Origin: Spongospora subterranea f. sp. subterranea
Lineage: Eukaryota
Assembly: GCA_049724395.1 (NCBI GenBank)
Contig: JAUGWO010000102.1
Coordinates: 124,001-188,000, forward strand
DNA: 64,000 bases
Reading direction: 5' to 3'
The first letter of the stretch is position 1. The number at the start of each line of letters is the position of its first letter. Below, in pieces: positions 36,491-50,860 of this stretch. Made by a program: the position numbers and the translations under genes. The notes beneath the pieces were generated by a model, which saw nothing but the letters and a program-made list of their open reading frames with translations, made no database searches and was not told the DNA's origin.

Positions 36491-38595
36491 ATGAGATCGT
36501 CAATCATAAAGCGGTTAACTGCTCAAGCGTCAGGACAGAGTCAGCGCTGGCATCCTCTGGCGACCGCCGCTGCTGTGGTTTTCGGCCTGGGATTTGCCAC
36601 CTATAAAACTGGGGAAATATATGCCCAAGGTCGAGATAAGCCAGTCATTACTCCAATCCTACCTCTCAAAGAGCAAATCCATGTCCTTAAAAATCCATCC
36701 ACTGACGGTTCCGATTCAAAGGTCGTCAATGGTGCTTCAGATCTTGAATTCTCAGCTTCAAAGAATGGTAAACCGACTTGATAATCCGTACGTCTATTGA
36801 CCATTGTAGCTCCAGCGGTTAGTGAACCGTCCAATAAAGTGTTTACTCGAGATCAAGTGTCCAAGCATAACCATCTCGGCGACGTCTGGGTCACTTTTCA
36901 AGGTAATCTCCAGGAGTTGATGTTTTTATAGCTTCCCAAGTTATCAATATCTCAGGTGTGGTTTACGATGTATCCGACTTTATTGAATCCCATCCGGGAG
37001 GGGCGAAAATTATGCTTGCGGCAGGTAAATTACCTTGACCGGATTAATGGCGCTTTTTGACCCCGGGGGTTTAAGGCAAAGGACTGGAACCGTTTTGGTC
37101 CATGTACCGCGTGCATGATACCCCGGAAACTAGAGGTCTTCTTGAACAATATCGAATTGGGGTTTTGACGCCGGAAGAACGTGCCAATGAACCAGATATG
37201 TCCAACCCTTATGCGACAGGTACTTCCGTCATTTCGACCATGAGCAGTCGCTTGAATAAGTTTTCAGACCCCGACAGACATAACAAACACTTGACTGTTC
37301 GGACGCAGCAGCCGTTCAACGCTGAAGCACCCTTAGATAGTCTGGCGCATAACGATGTCACGTCTTTAGATGATTTTTTCGTTCGTAATCATTTGCCTGT
37401 CCCAAAAATTGATCCATCCTTATACGAACTTCGCGTATCTGGTGACGGTGTCCAAGATAGGAATTTTAGTTTAGAAGAGCTGCGAGCTTTTCCGAAGCAG
37501 ACAATCCGGTCGGTAAAACTGTAACGTCAGAAAACCAATTTAATCGATTTTGCTGGCTAGGGTCACAGTACAATGCGCTGGAAATGGAAGATCGGCGATG
37601 GATGCAGTCAAACCCGTTCGTGGTTTACCCTGGGGATATGGAGCAATTGTAGTGTTTACCATCTATGATGAACTTGTCGCTCTCATTCAGCTAATCTTAG
37701 TCAGTTTAGTCTACTGCCCAGTGGTCCGGTGTTAGGCTGTTGGACGTAATGAATGAATGTGGTTATCAAGGGGCAAAAGCGGGAAAACATATAGTTTTTG
37801 AGGTGACCCGACCTTTGTGAATGTCAAATACATTTGCTGATGTAATGGATGTGCAGGGATTGGACCGCGATATGACTCAGTCTTACGCTGCCTCTATTCC
37901 AATCGAGAAAGCAATGGATCCTCGCGGTGATGTTATCCTTGCTTATGAAATGAATGGGAGTGACATTCCGGCTGATAATGGGTTCCCGGTTCGGGCTATC
38001 GTACCCGGAACTGTTGGAGCTCGGAATGTGAAGTGGGTTGGCGGGATCCATATATCAAACGAGGAGTCGGACTCACATTGGCAGCAAAAAGATTATAAGG
38101 GATTTTCACCAAGCTCTGATTGGTCACAGCATATGCGGTTCAGAATAGTTGATTAGTGCATTGATAATGCAATATAGGGATCATCTGGACTATGACTCTG
38201 CTAAATCGATCCAAGAACTACCAGTTCAATCTGCGATTTGCCATCCTCTCAAAGACGATATAGTTTTAGCGGGCAGTACAGTTGCATTAGCAGGGTATGC
38301 GTTTTCCGGTGGCGGAAGAGAAATTATCAGGGTCGACGTCTCTGCAGATGATGGGGAAACATGGAGCACTGCGAAACTTTCAACTACGGAGCAAGGAGAA
38401 GGCCAACACTGGGCATTCAGGCGGTGGGAAAAGGAAATCCAAATTCCGGATACAAGCGCAGGGACTGAAATTACATTTATCTGCAAAGCCGTCGATAGGT
38501 CATATAATGTCCAACCTGAACGGTTCGAGCCCATTTACAATGTTCGAGGGGTTTTATGTAATGCATGGCACCGAGTAAAAGTGAAATGCGAATAA
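36491..38595 (+). CDS. SUOX: Sulfite oxidase (mitochondrial type; cytochrome b5 + Moco + dimerisation domains)
   Basis: Targeting peptide, HPGG heme motif, [40 protein letters not shown]. Confidence 0.95.
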
Positions 38596-38615
38596 TACTG
38601 ACGCACTGTTTTATA

Positions 38616-39200
38616 TTATTCGGATTTCTGTCGCTGGGTCATGTTCTTCGCATGCTTTCTTAAATGTTCAGCTTTCTTCACTTTAATCATCATTGACGAT
38701 GCACGGTATAAGGAGTTAATCTCGAAAACCAAATAAATGTGGCGAATATGATGCACGGTTGGCTTACCACAATATAAGTAGCGATTATCAATAAAGGGGC
38801 ACAGAACACAACACCAAGAAACTGCCCACTATCGTCGAAATATGGTTGAGAGACTATGGCCTGCCAATGCAGCTGAAGCCAACTGTTAACGACACTTGAG
38901 GAGAAGACAGCAGCGCCTAAACAGGAATGAGCGAGAGAGAGAGAGATAATTTCGACGATAAAAACCATTACTTATAGTACATAGAATAAAACACTGAATC
39001 CCGACGTTACGCCGAGTTGTATATGAAACAATCGCTAGAAGAGAGATGGCCGTGCATACGACGATAATTGCCGGTTCAGACCAAGTCACCGCCTTGAAGA
39101 ATCGGAACGCGGTGTCGGCAAAGGTATCGTGCTGACGATTCAGGGATTTGGCCAATGATGTGGCGAAAAGTTTCCATGGCGATGAATGGGTCTCGTTCAT
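38616..39200 (-). CDS. TMEM18: Transmembrane protein 18
   Basis: FFKAVTWSEP, W…SQPYFDDSGQFLGVVFCAPLL, basic tail MIKVKKAE. Confidence 0.85.
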
Positions 39201-39801
39201 CGTCGATATGGAAATACAACGTAAATAACAGTAACAGAAGTCCGTCCCCCGTCCCCATTGTCAGTGTAACGCCAACAGGAAACGGACGGATGTGGGCCGA
39301 CCTGGCGAAACGATCATGCCACCTCCGGCACTTCATTGAACTGTTGCAAAATAATACTCCTCACCGATCCATCGAAATGACTTGCCCTAATTGTTTCGAA
39401 TGTGAATAGACAGAATGAGCTTGGTGGGCATTGCTTTTGCTTATTTAAAGGGATACATTTAATTCGCATTTCAACAACTGCTATATATGGCGGAACGAAA
39501 ACTTTTACAATCTGCGTTATTTCCATATTCAATGAGGCGTTTTGACAGTACTGGCGTTGCCTATCTTATAATAAATAACCCGAAAATTAGCTTAATCTGG
39601 AGAATCTGATATTGAATACACAAATTTTTTCATGATTCACTCCACGAGATAAATAGCAAAAAACCCAATGGGAGCGATAAAACCCATCTGTCATTGATCA
39701 TAGTACAACAGACGAACTGATAATCGCATTGAGTGCCAAAAGGCTGTGCGCCATTGCCGTTGCGGGTGAGCCGGGACGGCCTTGTCAATTCCAATCTGCC
39801 A

Positions 39802-40588
39802 ATGCCGGAATTTATCATCGTCCGGTGCTCGGAATGCAGCTCATTCCAGATCCGACAGCAGCGTAAAGACGCCAAGTTTACATGCGTTCTGTGTTGTACT
39901 GGCCAATCCGTTCGGAAAATCTATTCCAGAAGTGAATCTGCCGGGGCGCTTCGTCCAGGTTCTGCCCGACGCGTTCTCGCACAACCAATATTGTTGAAAA
40001 TAGAATAGTTGTGCAGAATTTGAACATGGATGCCGGCACCATGATCGAAAATCGTCAACGTCAACGAAATGAGCCCCAGATGGACTGTCTTCCCGATGCT
40101 GTTGATCCCTGCTCGGATGATCCCTGGGTAAATCGCCGATTCCGGTTTTTTGTATAAATCACTATTTTGGCTAACGGGAATACACAGTCCAAAATGTGCC
40201 ATGAGATCGCTGGCAATGCTGACAAGCCTTCGAAATGGGATGGGTTTCTAGGAAAAACGGAGACTGTTTCGGACGATGGAGAATATATGTTCGAAGTCTT
40301 GGACCAGTACCGATCTTGAAAGTTGACGACACTCAAATTACCAGGGATTCAACAACGAGAAAGCGATGTCGGAAACAGGTCAGAGAGAAGGTCAGAACCA
40401 ATGTATCTGGAAATGATGAACAGAATTTGGGAGGGGAGACGCGTAAGCGAAGCAGTTCCCCCGCTGATGAACATCGTCATGAAAAACATGGAAGTTCGTC
40501 AAAATTTTCGTCCAACGCCGTCCAGCGATCTAAATGGGGCAAGTTTATAACCTCGGACGTAATAAATAAAAGCGGGCAGAGCGATTGA
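39802..40588 (+). CDS. MRNIP: MRN complex-interacting protein
   Basis: VRCSECSSFQ…KFTCVLC…QSVRKIY…VQNLN zinc ribbon and C-terminal SKWGKF. Confidence 0.8.
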
Positions 40589-41443
40589 TGAATAATATAG
40601 GAGACACTCCTTCATCATATTGTTGTGGCCTTTCTCGTATTTCTTCTCCAATGAACCGTTTTTCAAGATGGATCCCGACGTCAACGTGTGATGAAGGGCA
40701 TGAGAGTTGATAAATTTAACCAGGAATGGAGAAGATGGCGACAGACACTTCCATAACCAGATCTGTTTGACACAAAAATATGAAGTGACCCAATCGACAT
40801 GAACAAAAAAACATTCAGATTGAAAAGGCAGAAACCAAGTAAGTTTATTTTATATTGTAACCAGTTAAGAAAATGACATTCTCATTTGGAGTTCAATCGA
40901 TACTTGACGTTGAATTAAAGAAGTCGTCGTCATCAAGTGAGATGCCTGAAGACGACCGGCTGGCTTTGGTATCGATGAATGGGACGCGCCATCAATCCAT
41001 TTGATCTTTGACCAAATCACATTTTGGCGAGTCGAGACTCACAACATCCTCTTGAGAACCTCGTTCTACTCTCCCAACTGCACATATTGTGATCGTAATT
41101 TCATATGAACATCTGCAGATTCCCCTACTAATCTTTAGGGGCAACATTGTTTCATCGTTGATTTGTACAATAGAGTGCAGAACCATTTTAATCTAAGTTC
41201 GTCTAGCCTGTGGCCCCGCCCATACATAGTGTCGATTGGACTCATAGAGATTAAGGGCGCGCTCATGTCGAAGAATTGTCTGATGAAATCGGACCTATGG
41301 AGCAACGGAAACTGTCAAGACGGAAAACTTGTTTTACTGAGAATTTTTGAATTTCGGCAATCCCTACAGGCCAACAAGATTTGAACAAGTGACAGTCTCC
41401 AAAGAGCAGTTCCCGCGTTTGAAATGGTTCAGAGTTAAAAAAA

Positions 41444-41459
41444 GGGGGGGGGGGGGGGG
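41444..41459 (+). repeat. G16 homopolymer preceded by A7
   Basis: aaaaaaagggggggggggggggg. Confidence 0.9.
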
Positions 41460-41757
41460 AGGCGGTCCTCAGTCAAACAGAGTGGTGTTGTTGTCGACGC
41501 CACAGTCAACAGAATATACTTTTTGACCCGCAAATGCCAGTCAGATACTACACTGACACACCCTCTTGGTCAAACACCTCGTTATGTCACTATCATTGAC
41601 ATAAGGGCGGTTCTGGCGCTTGATTTATCACTGTGTTTCGAACTTACGATCTGATAAAAACATAACGATAAGTGGCGATTACTCGGTTCGGGTATTACCT
41701 CGCATTGTCGCAATCGAACGACAAAATCGCTGGAGAGTCAGCGATAACACCGGTTGA

Positions 41758-42863
41758 ATGGCGGATGGCGTGCAAAGTCCCGGCAGAACTACATGCAAGA
41801 ACCAACGAATATGGATATGTCTAGCGATCACAGCTGCTGTCGCCTGCTTTCAAGTCGTATTTGGACGATTACTGGTCTCTTGCCGTACGTCCTTCTCCGG
41901 TCAGCAATCGTTGTTGGCGCCGGTTGATCAGGTACGTTTGGCGGCGGGGTGTCTGTGTGTGTGTGTTGGAATCCGTTCGTTCGACCTCAATGCGAACTTG
42001 TCAGGGTATTGTCACCATCGTCATGTTGACCTGTAATCGCACGAACGTGCTGATGGAGAATCCCATATTCCGCACGATTCTCCCGATGGATGAGGTCGAC
42101 CAGTAATGAGTATTGTGTGTGTGTGTGCCGTGCTGGCCCTCACCATCTCAATGACAGGATAATCCTCGTATGGCACAATCTGTATTCTCCGATCCCCGAC
42201 GACCTGATATTGTCGTTCGCATCCCTGGGCGTTAGCTCGAAAGTCCAGTTCGTTTTCCCCGAGGACAATTCGCTGAACAACCGGTTCTTTCCGTGGCCTG
42301 AGATCAGGACCAATACGGTTTTCACATTGGACGACGATTTCGTGGTCAATCCAGACCTATTCAGATCGGGATTGAGCTGGAGTAGAGTGAGTCCATATCG
42401 TTTAACCGGATTCTTCCCACGACTGTTGTTGCATCACGACCACGATGGACAATTGTCGTTCGAGTATCGCTGCGTCGAGCAAAGGGCCGAACCCTATAAC
42501 GCCCTACTATCGGGTGGCGGATTGTTTCTGAATCTCGCGCACCTGAAGGAGTATTGGACTCCTCGACATGCACATCTGAGGGAATATGTTGATCAGATGT
42601 TCAATTGCGAGGACATCTTGATGCAGTTTATGGTTCCCGTCGAACTGCATCCACCGCTACTGGTCGCCATGGATCAGCTGGTGCAGTCGGGATCTCACGC
42701 CTTCACCAGCGACGATCACGATCGGCATTTTGGTATCTCGAGGCGGGCGGGACACTCTGAGAAACGATCCAAGTGTCTGGAGAAGTTCCACCATGAAATC
42801 GGATGGCCTCTGATCACCACCTCGGCACATGCCAGCGAAACGGCCCCATATCATTTGACATGA
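41758..42863 (+). CDS. Glycosyltransferase family 64 (EXTL2/EPC1-like), type II membrane protein
   Basis: N-terminal TM helix, NSLNNRFFP, VFTLDDD, GFFPR, NCEDILM, HSEKRSKCL. Confidence 0.9.
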
Positions 42864-43049
42864 TGTCGAAATACGGGACGAGAACGTGTTTTAGAACACA
42901 TTTTCCCCCAACAGACTACATGTCTCCACCAAGGCAACGATGTCTATAATATTGAAACTATTCCTCGATCCCCCTATCATTACCAACTGAGAACCGGCCC
43001 AAATAGATAAAAATGATTTTATATTTTATATACGGGAAAAACAACATGA

Positions 43050-44409
43050 TCAGAATATCTTGGCTGAGCCGGCTCTGGGATCTTGAGAAGGGTACAGTCT
43101 TCGCCTGCCGTACATGCCTGGAGGGGGGAGCACATTCGCTGCCGGCGCTGGTGGAGGGGGGATTGACAGAAACTTGGTGGCGTCGATATTGTCAACCGGA
43201 GCAGATGGGATGACGTCGACAACAGACTCAGGGCGCGACACTAAAACAATTGATTAAGAGCATTCGCATCATATGCGTCGACGACAAACCTCGAGGTCTA
43301 GCCCAAGCAACTCGTAGTGATAATCCTTTCAAGATACATTTCTCCCACGTCTGAATCACAGCAGTTTCGGCACCCGAGCGGTCCATGAATTCCACAAAAG
43401 CGCACGACTTCGCGGGGATCGCCCGAACACTGGCGACGTGACCAAACTCTGAGAAATACGAGACCAGGTCGTTATCATCAATGGTGAAATCATTCCCGCC
43501 GACGAAAATTGTGGTTATGGTTTGATCAGGGGGAGGAGTTGGCGCTTGACCATTTGGCGGACGAATTCGTGGCGTATTCTCAGCACGCGAAACCTTTCGA
43601 CGAGAACTTCATCGGGGGTTTTGTCAGTAAGAGGCGCTTCATGACGATATGGACATTTAGAGCCGCGAATACACTCTCCTTTGACGAAATCCTTTTCAAA
43701 GTATAAAACCGTGATTAGGGTTTCGACATTTTTAGACGACCATTTTACATACCTTGCATATATTTTGAATATCTCGCCGTGTGTAAAAGGGTTTGCGAGA
43801 TTCAAGACGATCAAGAATGGCGGATGGGTTTGCCTTGCCATATGGTAATGCCAGTAACTGTTCAGATGCGTTGGGACCTGCGCCCGCTATCATTTTCTCA
43901 TGCTGTTCATAGAGAAACCTATTGCAACGCATAATTAGGGCCCAAAACTGCAGCATATATGTTGCTGGACAAACTCTCGATTTGCCTGATTAGTCGGGAC
44001 ACGCATGATCTCATCATGATCTAACACAGCATCTCTGACTTGGGCAGGTAGATGAAACTCTAGGTCTAATAAACAAGTTGAACACATGTTCTTGATTTTG
44101 GCGCACTGGTTTTCAAGAAAACGCTTAAAAAAAACGTCAATGGCAGATTAAAGGAGGACATACGAGTTGACAGCATTCGGTTTGCTTCAAATGACCATCC
44201 GCTGATGCCCTCCATTTATAAATATCGTATGGTCGAGCGCATACTTTACAGGGTGCGCCCTGCATTTCCTTGGTCTAAGCATAATGGATGTGGGTTGAGC
44301 TCAATTCTTGAAAATCATGTATGTGGAGCCTCACCATTCGAATAAACTTGTTCGTGCCAAGACACGGGTCGCAGAGTATCGGGAAGTCATCAGCGACCTT
44401 GTTGGCCAT
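43050..44409 (-). CDS. RBM22: Pre-mRNA splicing factor RBM22/Ecm2
   Basis: FPILCDPCLGTNKFIRM, CAKIKNMCSTCLLDL, CCCH finger ECIRGSKCPYRHE, RRM, YPSQDP tail. Confidence 0.92.
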
Positions 44410-45320
44410 GTCGCCAGATACCGTTGTGAATCGCGACACAGAGAGAGAGAGAGAGAGACCGAGAGAAACACCAACGGCCACGGACAATCTCTTGACCGAC
44501 CCAAATAGTGCCAGATCACCGTGTAACAAATGGCCATCTACAGATACCTGCACAGTATCGGACAGCCATCACAACTGATAACAATGGTTTCAATTTAATT
44601 GGCAATATATTAGATTTACAAATATCAAGACACTTGAAGCGTGTTGATTGCTGATAATTCTGAGTCCATTGTAGAAGCTTGTTAGAGGGGAACTGCCAGA
44701 AACGTGTCATTTTGGTGCTGATACTGATATTCTCAGCTGGATCACGATCATCGTTTGACCAACGCACCTCTTGTATACCCGGCCAGGTCAATAATGTTAT
44801 GTTGATGGCTGGATTCGTAAGACATTCGCCGATTCGAGCACCGGTTGGTCGATTCGTACCCATCGAGATCCTCGTCTGGCCGTACAGAGAATGCTGCACT
44901 ACTATCTCTCAAATCTCCATGATCACAAACAGGCACTTGAATAACCAATATCAACTCACAATAACTGAATAAAAACATGTTCCAACAATACGAACGATCG
45001 GAAATTCCCAAGACCTGTGAGATGTGTTTCTGTCCCGTGAACTTTTGATTTTTCCTTTATGCCAATAGTCCCCGGAACTCAGAAGAAAAAAGCCCCATTG
45101 GTGAAACAACGCCATGCCTTGGACAGGGCGATTCCCATTTAGTTCTAGGGCTACAAGGTAGGTAGGTAGTGCTGACAATAGGTGATGGTTATTGATCGGT
45201 CATGAGTATCGATCGGTACGTCGTATTACTGTGTGACCAGGAGTTCCCTTGGACGCCAATTGATTGCCCCGATCGGTGTAGTTTCTCCACGGCTACCAGA
45301 AACCGGCACTGCTAGTGCTG

Positions 45321-45869
45321 ATGAGCGTCGCGCCAGAGGAATCGGTCGACAGCATTTGTAGCGAGGACGACGACACGAAACATGAGGAGTCCCTTGTGAA
45401 AATCAAGCAAATAACCGGAATGGCCCGGCATGAGATTGCAATATATGAACAAATTCAGGTACAATATGAATAGGATTCTGGGAACCACTTGAGGCAATCT
45501 TGTGAGGGGGATTCATTGAGAACGTTCATTCCATAGGGCTATAGAGAAGGGAAACCGAATCAAATTTTGGGACAAGTGCCCGCTCTTGATCAGCTTATCG
45601 AGATGAACTTGAACGCATCACATGTGAAAATCGAGAAGCTTTTGCGAGACTCGCAGGCAGAAGCGGCGTTATCTGCAGCGGCAGAGATCGAGAGCGGTGC
45701 AGGCGGACCACAAACGAAGCAGGAGAAAATGTTTGGCGTCAAACAGGAAGATATTCGAATGCTGCAACTGCATCCGAAACCGTCAAAGGTTTTCGGAGCT
45801 GCACCTCCGGCAAAGGCGTTTGCAGAAAGTAAGGAAAGTAAAGCCGACACGATAAAGAAAACTTTATAG
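45321..45869 (+). CDS. Uncharacterised small protein, paralog A
   Basis: Exon 45321-45458, intron 45459-45536, exon 45537-45869; aligns along its length with 59920-60444. Confidence 0.8.
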
Positions 45870-46462
45870 AAAAAATATTGAAAGCTTGTGGGAAATATGG
45901 ACTAAAAAACAGGCAGTATAGAATTAAGAACAAATGTCTTCCATATTTCACACAATATACAATATTGGATTTCATTTACTGACGGTATAGCTCTGATACG
46001 ATCAATATGGGGATAGCAGTTAGAACACGATCCGTCCTGGACGATTTCTGTATGATAATGTGGCAAACGCAAAACCGGACGATTGACCTGTCAGTTGCTG
46101 CGCAAAAACCTTCCTCTATTCTGATCAACGACGAGTTCAGCGTCTGGAACTTGGCGCGAGGCAGCTCCGTCATTCCTCTGAATCTACTCCAGGTTGATCC
46201 ATTTACGGCTACAGCCTTCTTGATTTCGGGAACGACCTGTTCGGCAAACTAACGTGCTCTATTTCCGCTGAACTGTATAGTGGATGGGTATTGTGCCGAA
46301 ATCCGCTGCCATGTGTAACGCAACGTGGCGCTAGCCCCGAACAGTTGTAGGTTAGTACCGGTGGAGTGCCAACCAACAACATTGTCGTCGACCAATCTCC
46401 CTCTGAACCTGAAACCGGACCCGCTTCACGAAAACTGCAGACGTTGTCGTTCAGCTACCCTC

Positions 46463-46534
46463 CAGAAGGAACTATCTGCTATAGACACATGAAATAGACA
46501 GAAGGAACTATCTGCTATAGACACATGAAATAGA
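46463..46534. repeat. Exact 36-bp tandem duplication
   Basis: CAGAAGGAACTATCTGCTATAGACACATGAAATAGA x2. Confidence 0.92.
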
Positions 46535-48176
46535 TAATTTGATTGTGCTGATGTCCCGTACGGAGCTCGTTGACCTACAACATATCGCTCAACTCCGGAG
46601 GAAAACCAAACGGGATAAACGGTTCGAGGTGGATTTATCGCTCTTTGCCCCCTTCACATGCAACCCAGAGCACTGGATGCTGCTCTTGTCAAACAGCTTC
46701 TACTGGTATCAGTACGAGAGAGGAACAATGGCCGAAGAACATTGAAGTGTTGGTTTGATATCTTATGTTGGTATCTGATTGACCCATCTATACAGTCGAT
46801 AATCAGAGTATCGCCCTCACTGTTGAGTTAATCTCCAAATATATCAATGGTAAAAGATACAATATTTCTCGAAATCTGTTTAAGTGTCTGCATAGATGCC
46901 ATCACTCGTTCGTGTGCCGATGCTCTGGTCGGTTGCGATCAAAAAGTCATTGACGTTAGCAATCTTGAATCAATCATGACCCTTCTTACCTTAGACTATC
47001 GATGACAATTTTTTACAACGAATTAATATACGATAATAATTAAGCAGAGCGTCATTCTTCACCACGAAGATAAAACATTCGTGATGGCAGAATATCAAGA
47101 TGATACCACATTATTGATTCATTTATTTGTCTCGATTTCTAAAAACTGTTATTTTGAAAATGGCGCGGGCATCTTCATGTAGACAGACATTGGCATTGAA
47201 AAAAACATGAATTGATTGTAGTTTTCAAAGCAGCAGCTATTGGAACACAAATACATCAAGGCGGGACCACACATGAAATTCTCCAGATATTGATTACGCT
47301 GCAATCGCCTTCACTGTCAAGAAACTCGCATGTAATTTTTTGACACGATGTTTGCGTATTGTTTATCAGCAACCCCAATTTGAGCCGGGTTTCGACCTTC
47401 GTGAGACATCAGCTTTATCCTACTGATATGCGTTTACACTGAGTGCATAGAAGTGAAGAAGGTTCGAGAGGTTTTGTAACAGGATTTTTACGGCCAGCAT
47501 AAATAGGCAAGATATTCCTCATGGACCACATGAAGGAACACCACGAAGCGACAATCAGAACGAATTTCCTTCTAGATACATCGCCTCTAATGAAAACAGT
47601 TCAAGCGACTTCAAGTCAAGTCTGAGCTCTGGCCCTTCGTTATAGGAATTTTCAAGCTGTTCATAGCTGATTTATTACAGTCCTGAGATCAGTAGAAACT
47701 CCTTCCCCCTAATCGTCATGTTCTGGTTCATCCGAGACCTTCAATTCTCACGATGACGTACTGTAACAGAACTGAACGCTGCCAACGCACGCACTCTCCA
47801 TGGGAACAATATCCTCAACATTACGCTGCCACCTGGATCAAACGTGCCTATTGTAGGGTTGTTCAACGATAAACGCACGCATCGAGAAACAGCATTTCCC
47901 GAGTCACTAATCGACATCTCCATGACCCGAGGTCGACCTGATATCCCATTCAAGTTCCCCTTATCCAGTTCGTCCCTGGTCGATATAGTGTGTGCGTGTT
48001 CCCAGTGCCAGAACCGGTTAACGTGTGGTCTATGACTGGGCTATTTGTTACTGTGTTATTGCCTCTTTCAATTACGATTAGCGCCTTCCCATTTCACTCT
48101 CGAACAAATGAAATTGTTCTAGTCTATACCATACTGTATTCGATTTTTTTTTCCGGTTCCATATATCGATTATAAT

Positions 48177-48947
48177 ATGTTCGTGTTGAAGAATCGATGT
48201 AGCACTTATTTGCTGGGTGTTCAAAGACGATGTTTCAATGGAAAACGTGGAAGCAAGCCCACCGTCGTCGAAGGAAATGTGCCGCCATTCCCCATTGTTT
48301 TGAAATCTAACGGAGGTGATGGAACTGCCGAGTATGTTGAGCTAACCGCGATTACGCTGTTGATAAGTGTTACGACGATAGGGTTGAAGCTTTGATCGGC
48401 GATAAATTGTTAGACATTTTCCTATATCGCAGACTATTATCACATTTTAAAGGCCGAAGAAAATCAGGACAGATGGCTCAGGTCCGAGATCGTCTCGTTA
48501 GCAACAAAGCATTAGCTGCATGCGGCAGGCAATTCCTGGTACCGAAACATTTAACAGAGTTGCAGTGGGAAGAAGCGTCAATTCATCAGAAAGGTCGACC
48601 AGCGCTCTGCTCGATTGAATGCCAATATTTGAATATTGCCCGGTGGAATCTGAATAGGAACCGCTGTAGAAGCTGTTCTAGGTCGATTGTTCTTGCAGAT
48701 CACATTTGAGAAAGGTCCAAATGATGTGATGAAGGCTGAGTTGGCGAAAGTGGCATCCGACATATTGTCTGCAAGTGAGCGGTATTGCTGTAGTGAGATG
48801 GCGATTCGAGCAGCCAACGAATGCGTTCGGAGGAAAGCCGAATCTGTTGGACGGAAGATGGGGCGGCAAACAACATTGGATTGTGAAACTGAAACTGTAT
48901 TTCGCGCAAATGAAGCTGCCGTCAATGTGAATCCTGAAAGAAAATAA
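48177..48947 (+). CDS. Hypothetical protein, possible mitochondrial targeting peptide
   Basis: Arg-rich, acid-free N-terminus; three ORF pieces joinable by two GT-AG introns. Confidence 0.55.
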
Positions 48948-48974
48948 AATGACGCTATTTACGACGATCACGGT

Positions 48975-49719
48975 TCAGTCCTCCAGAACCATCTTAACAA
49001 GCGCGCTATAATTGAATAGCCCGCGTGAATCAGATTCTTCCTGCATGAATTTCTAAGCCCGGCTGGTGGCGACGATTGATTTCAATCTACCCACATGCAT
49101 TCGTTGAACTAGCTGTCGTGCTTTCTCGGGAGTACATACTTCGGTACCGTACGTCATCAACGCCTAATAGTGCAACTCGGAATGCTGGCTAGAGTTATTC
49201 TTCCTCGAAACCATACCGATTCGATTGTCTCAACTTTCACAAACCCTTCTGGATTCGACTCCTGAAATACCCGAAATGCTTTCCTAACGTCATTGGGATC
49301 TTGTTGGATATTGACTTTTCTCGACATCACGGCAACGAATTCCTGGGAATAGTTGCCATAAGCTGATCGGCGATCGATTTGTCCAGGAGTGATTGCACCT
49401 CGAACTGAATCTCTCCGTCGCTGTTCTCGTCGATCTCTTTGATCATCTTATCTAGCTCTTCCTGGAAGCACACAGTGTATTGGCAACGTGCACACATCAA
49501 GCAAAAGGGGATAATTCACGCTTGTGACACGCATGCCAAGAGTCGATAGAAGCTGTTCTAGCTCGGCCTGGCTAATGCTGCCGCCATTATCGACGTCAAC
49601 TAACTGTTGAAAGTCAAGCCAATACCGATACAGATTACAAAAGGGGGTCACGTCACGTTGAAAATCTGTTGCAATTGCTCATATTCTTCGGACGACATGG
49701 CAGGAGATTTGTCAACCAT
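48975..49719 (-). CDS. Calmodulin/centrin-like EF-hand protein
   Basis: DVDNGGSISQAE, DENSDGEIQFEEF, VRKAFRVF; EF hands 3-4 degenerate; several introns. Confidence 0.88.
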
Positions 49720-50860
49720 CCTTGCTGTAGCTACCAAAAACAAAATTGATCGACTTGGTACAATTAGGCTCGATTATGTGGCGAAGGTCATACCTGAAGT
49801 AGCTGTACATTATCCTCTCACCTCTGATTGCAAGGGCGTTGGCCATTCGAATAACGACCGATCGTGAGGCGCATTGGGACCAACTTTGTCGTGTTGATAT
49901 TTGCATTAGTAGTTCAAATGATTGGGAGTCCTTCATACACGCTGTTGACAAAGCTAAACACCATTATAAGAGCGTGTTTGTATTAGGTAAACATCGATTT
50001 GACTAAGTGCTACTATAGAATAACTTCCAAAACAGATACAAAAGTTAGCATGCGTGGTAGCTGAAGGTTTAAAACTGTCCTGTTTATCCAAGGTGGTCAT
50101 AGGTGATCAAAACTGATGTTCATTTGTGAGATGCCAAAACCATGAGCAGAAGAATGAAATGCAGTTCATGCAAGGATAGCTTGCTGCTACTGGAAATGGC
50201 AGTCAAGCTGATTTTTGTGGCGACATGGAATGTCATCAGGCTTTTTCAGCGAACCGGCAAGTGGGGCTGCTTGTAATCCAGGATACGCCAATATGTTGGG
50301 CTTTATCGCGCCCTTCTGGGATAACCTGTGTCGACGTCTTTACGGCGTCCCGGATTACAGACAACCTCACTTGCCGGTTCTTCGAAGAAGCCTAATGGCA
50401 TTCCAAGATCGGCACCGGGACCGCTTTTCCGTCGTCACACAATGATCAGCTTGACTGCGATTTCCCGTGCGGGCTATTGTTGACTCCTACACGAGCAGCG
50501 AGGCGACCAATGCAGTTTACGAATATCTGATTATGGATACCATCGACGCTGTTAGGGAAAATCGTGATCAGGAGAACCTGGCCAAGGCAGGGAAAGTTCC
50601 CCCCTCCTGACGTATATCACGATGAGTATTCCGAGATCCACGACCGCAGTTAGAGATTGATCACCCTCATCACCGATCCGATTCCGAAAGACCGTCACGC
50701 ACTTTATTTAACTACTGCGTAATTCGTGTGGTGACTGACCCCGGAGACTTGCTTACCACTACATTATTAGAAAGCGTTCATAGCAAACACTGATATCAGC
50801 TTCCTTTCTCAAATCCATTACCCTGAATAAGCCTTAACAAGTTAATCGACGACGGTCGCT

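Noticed and set aside
49860..50800. Possible ncRNA or gene upstream of eIF4G
   Set aside because: No convincing snoRNA boxes or snRNA similarity; only short broken ORFs
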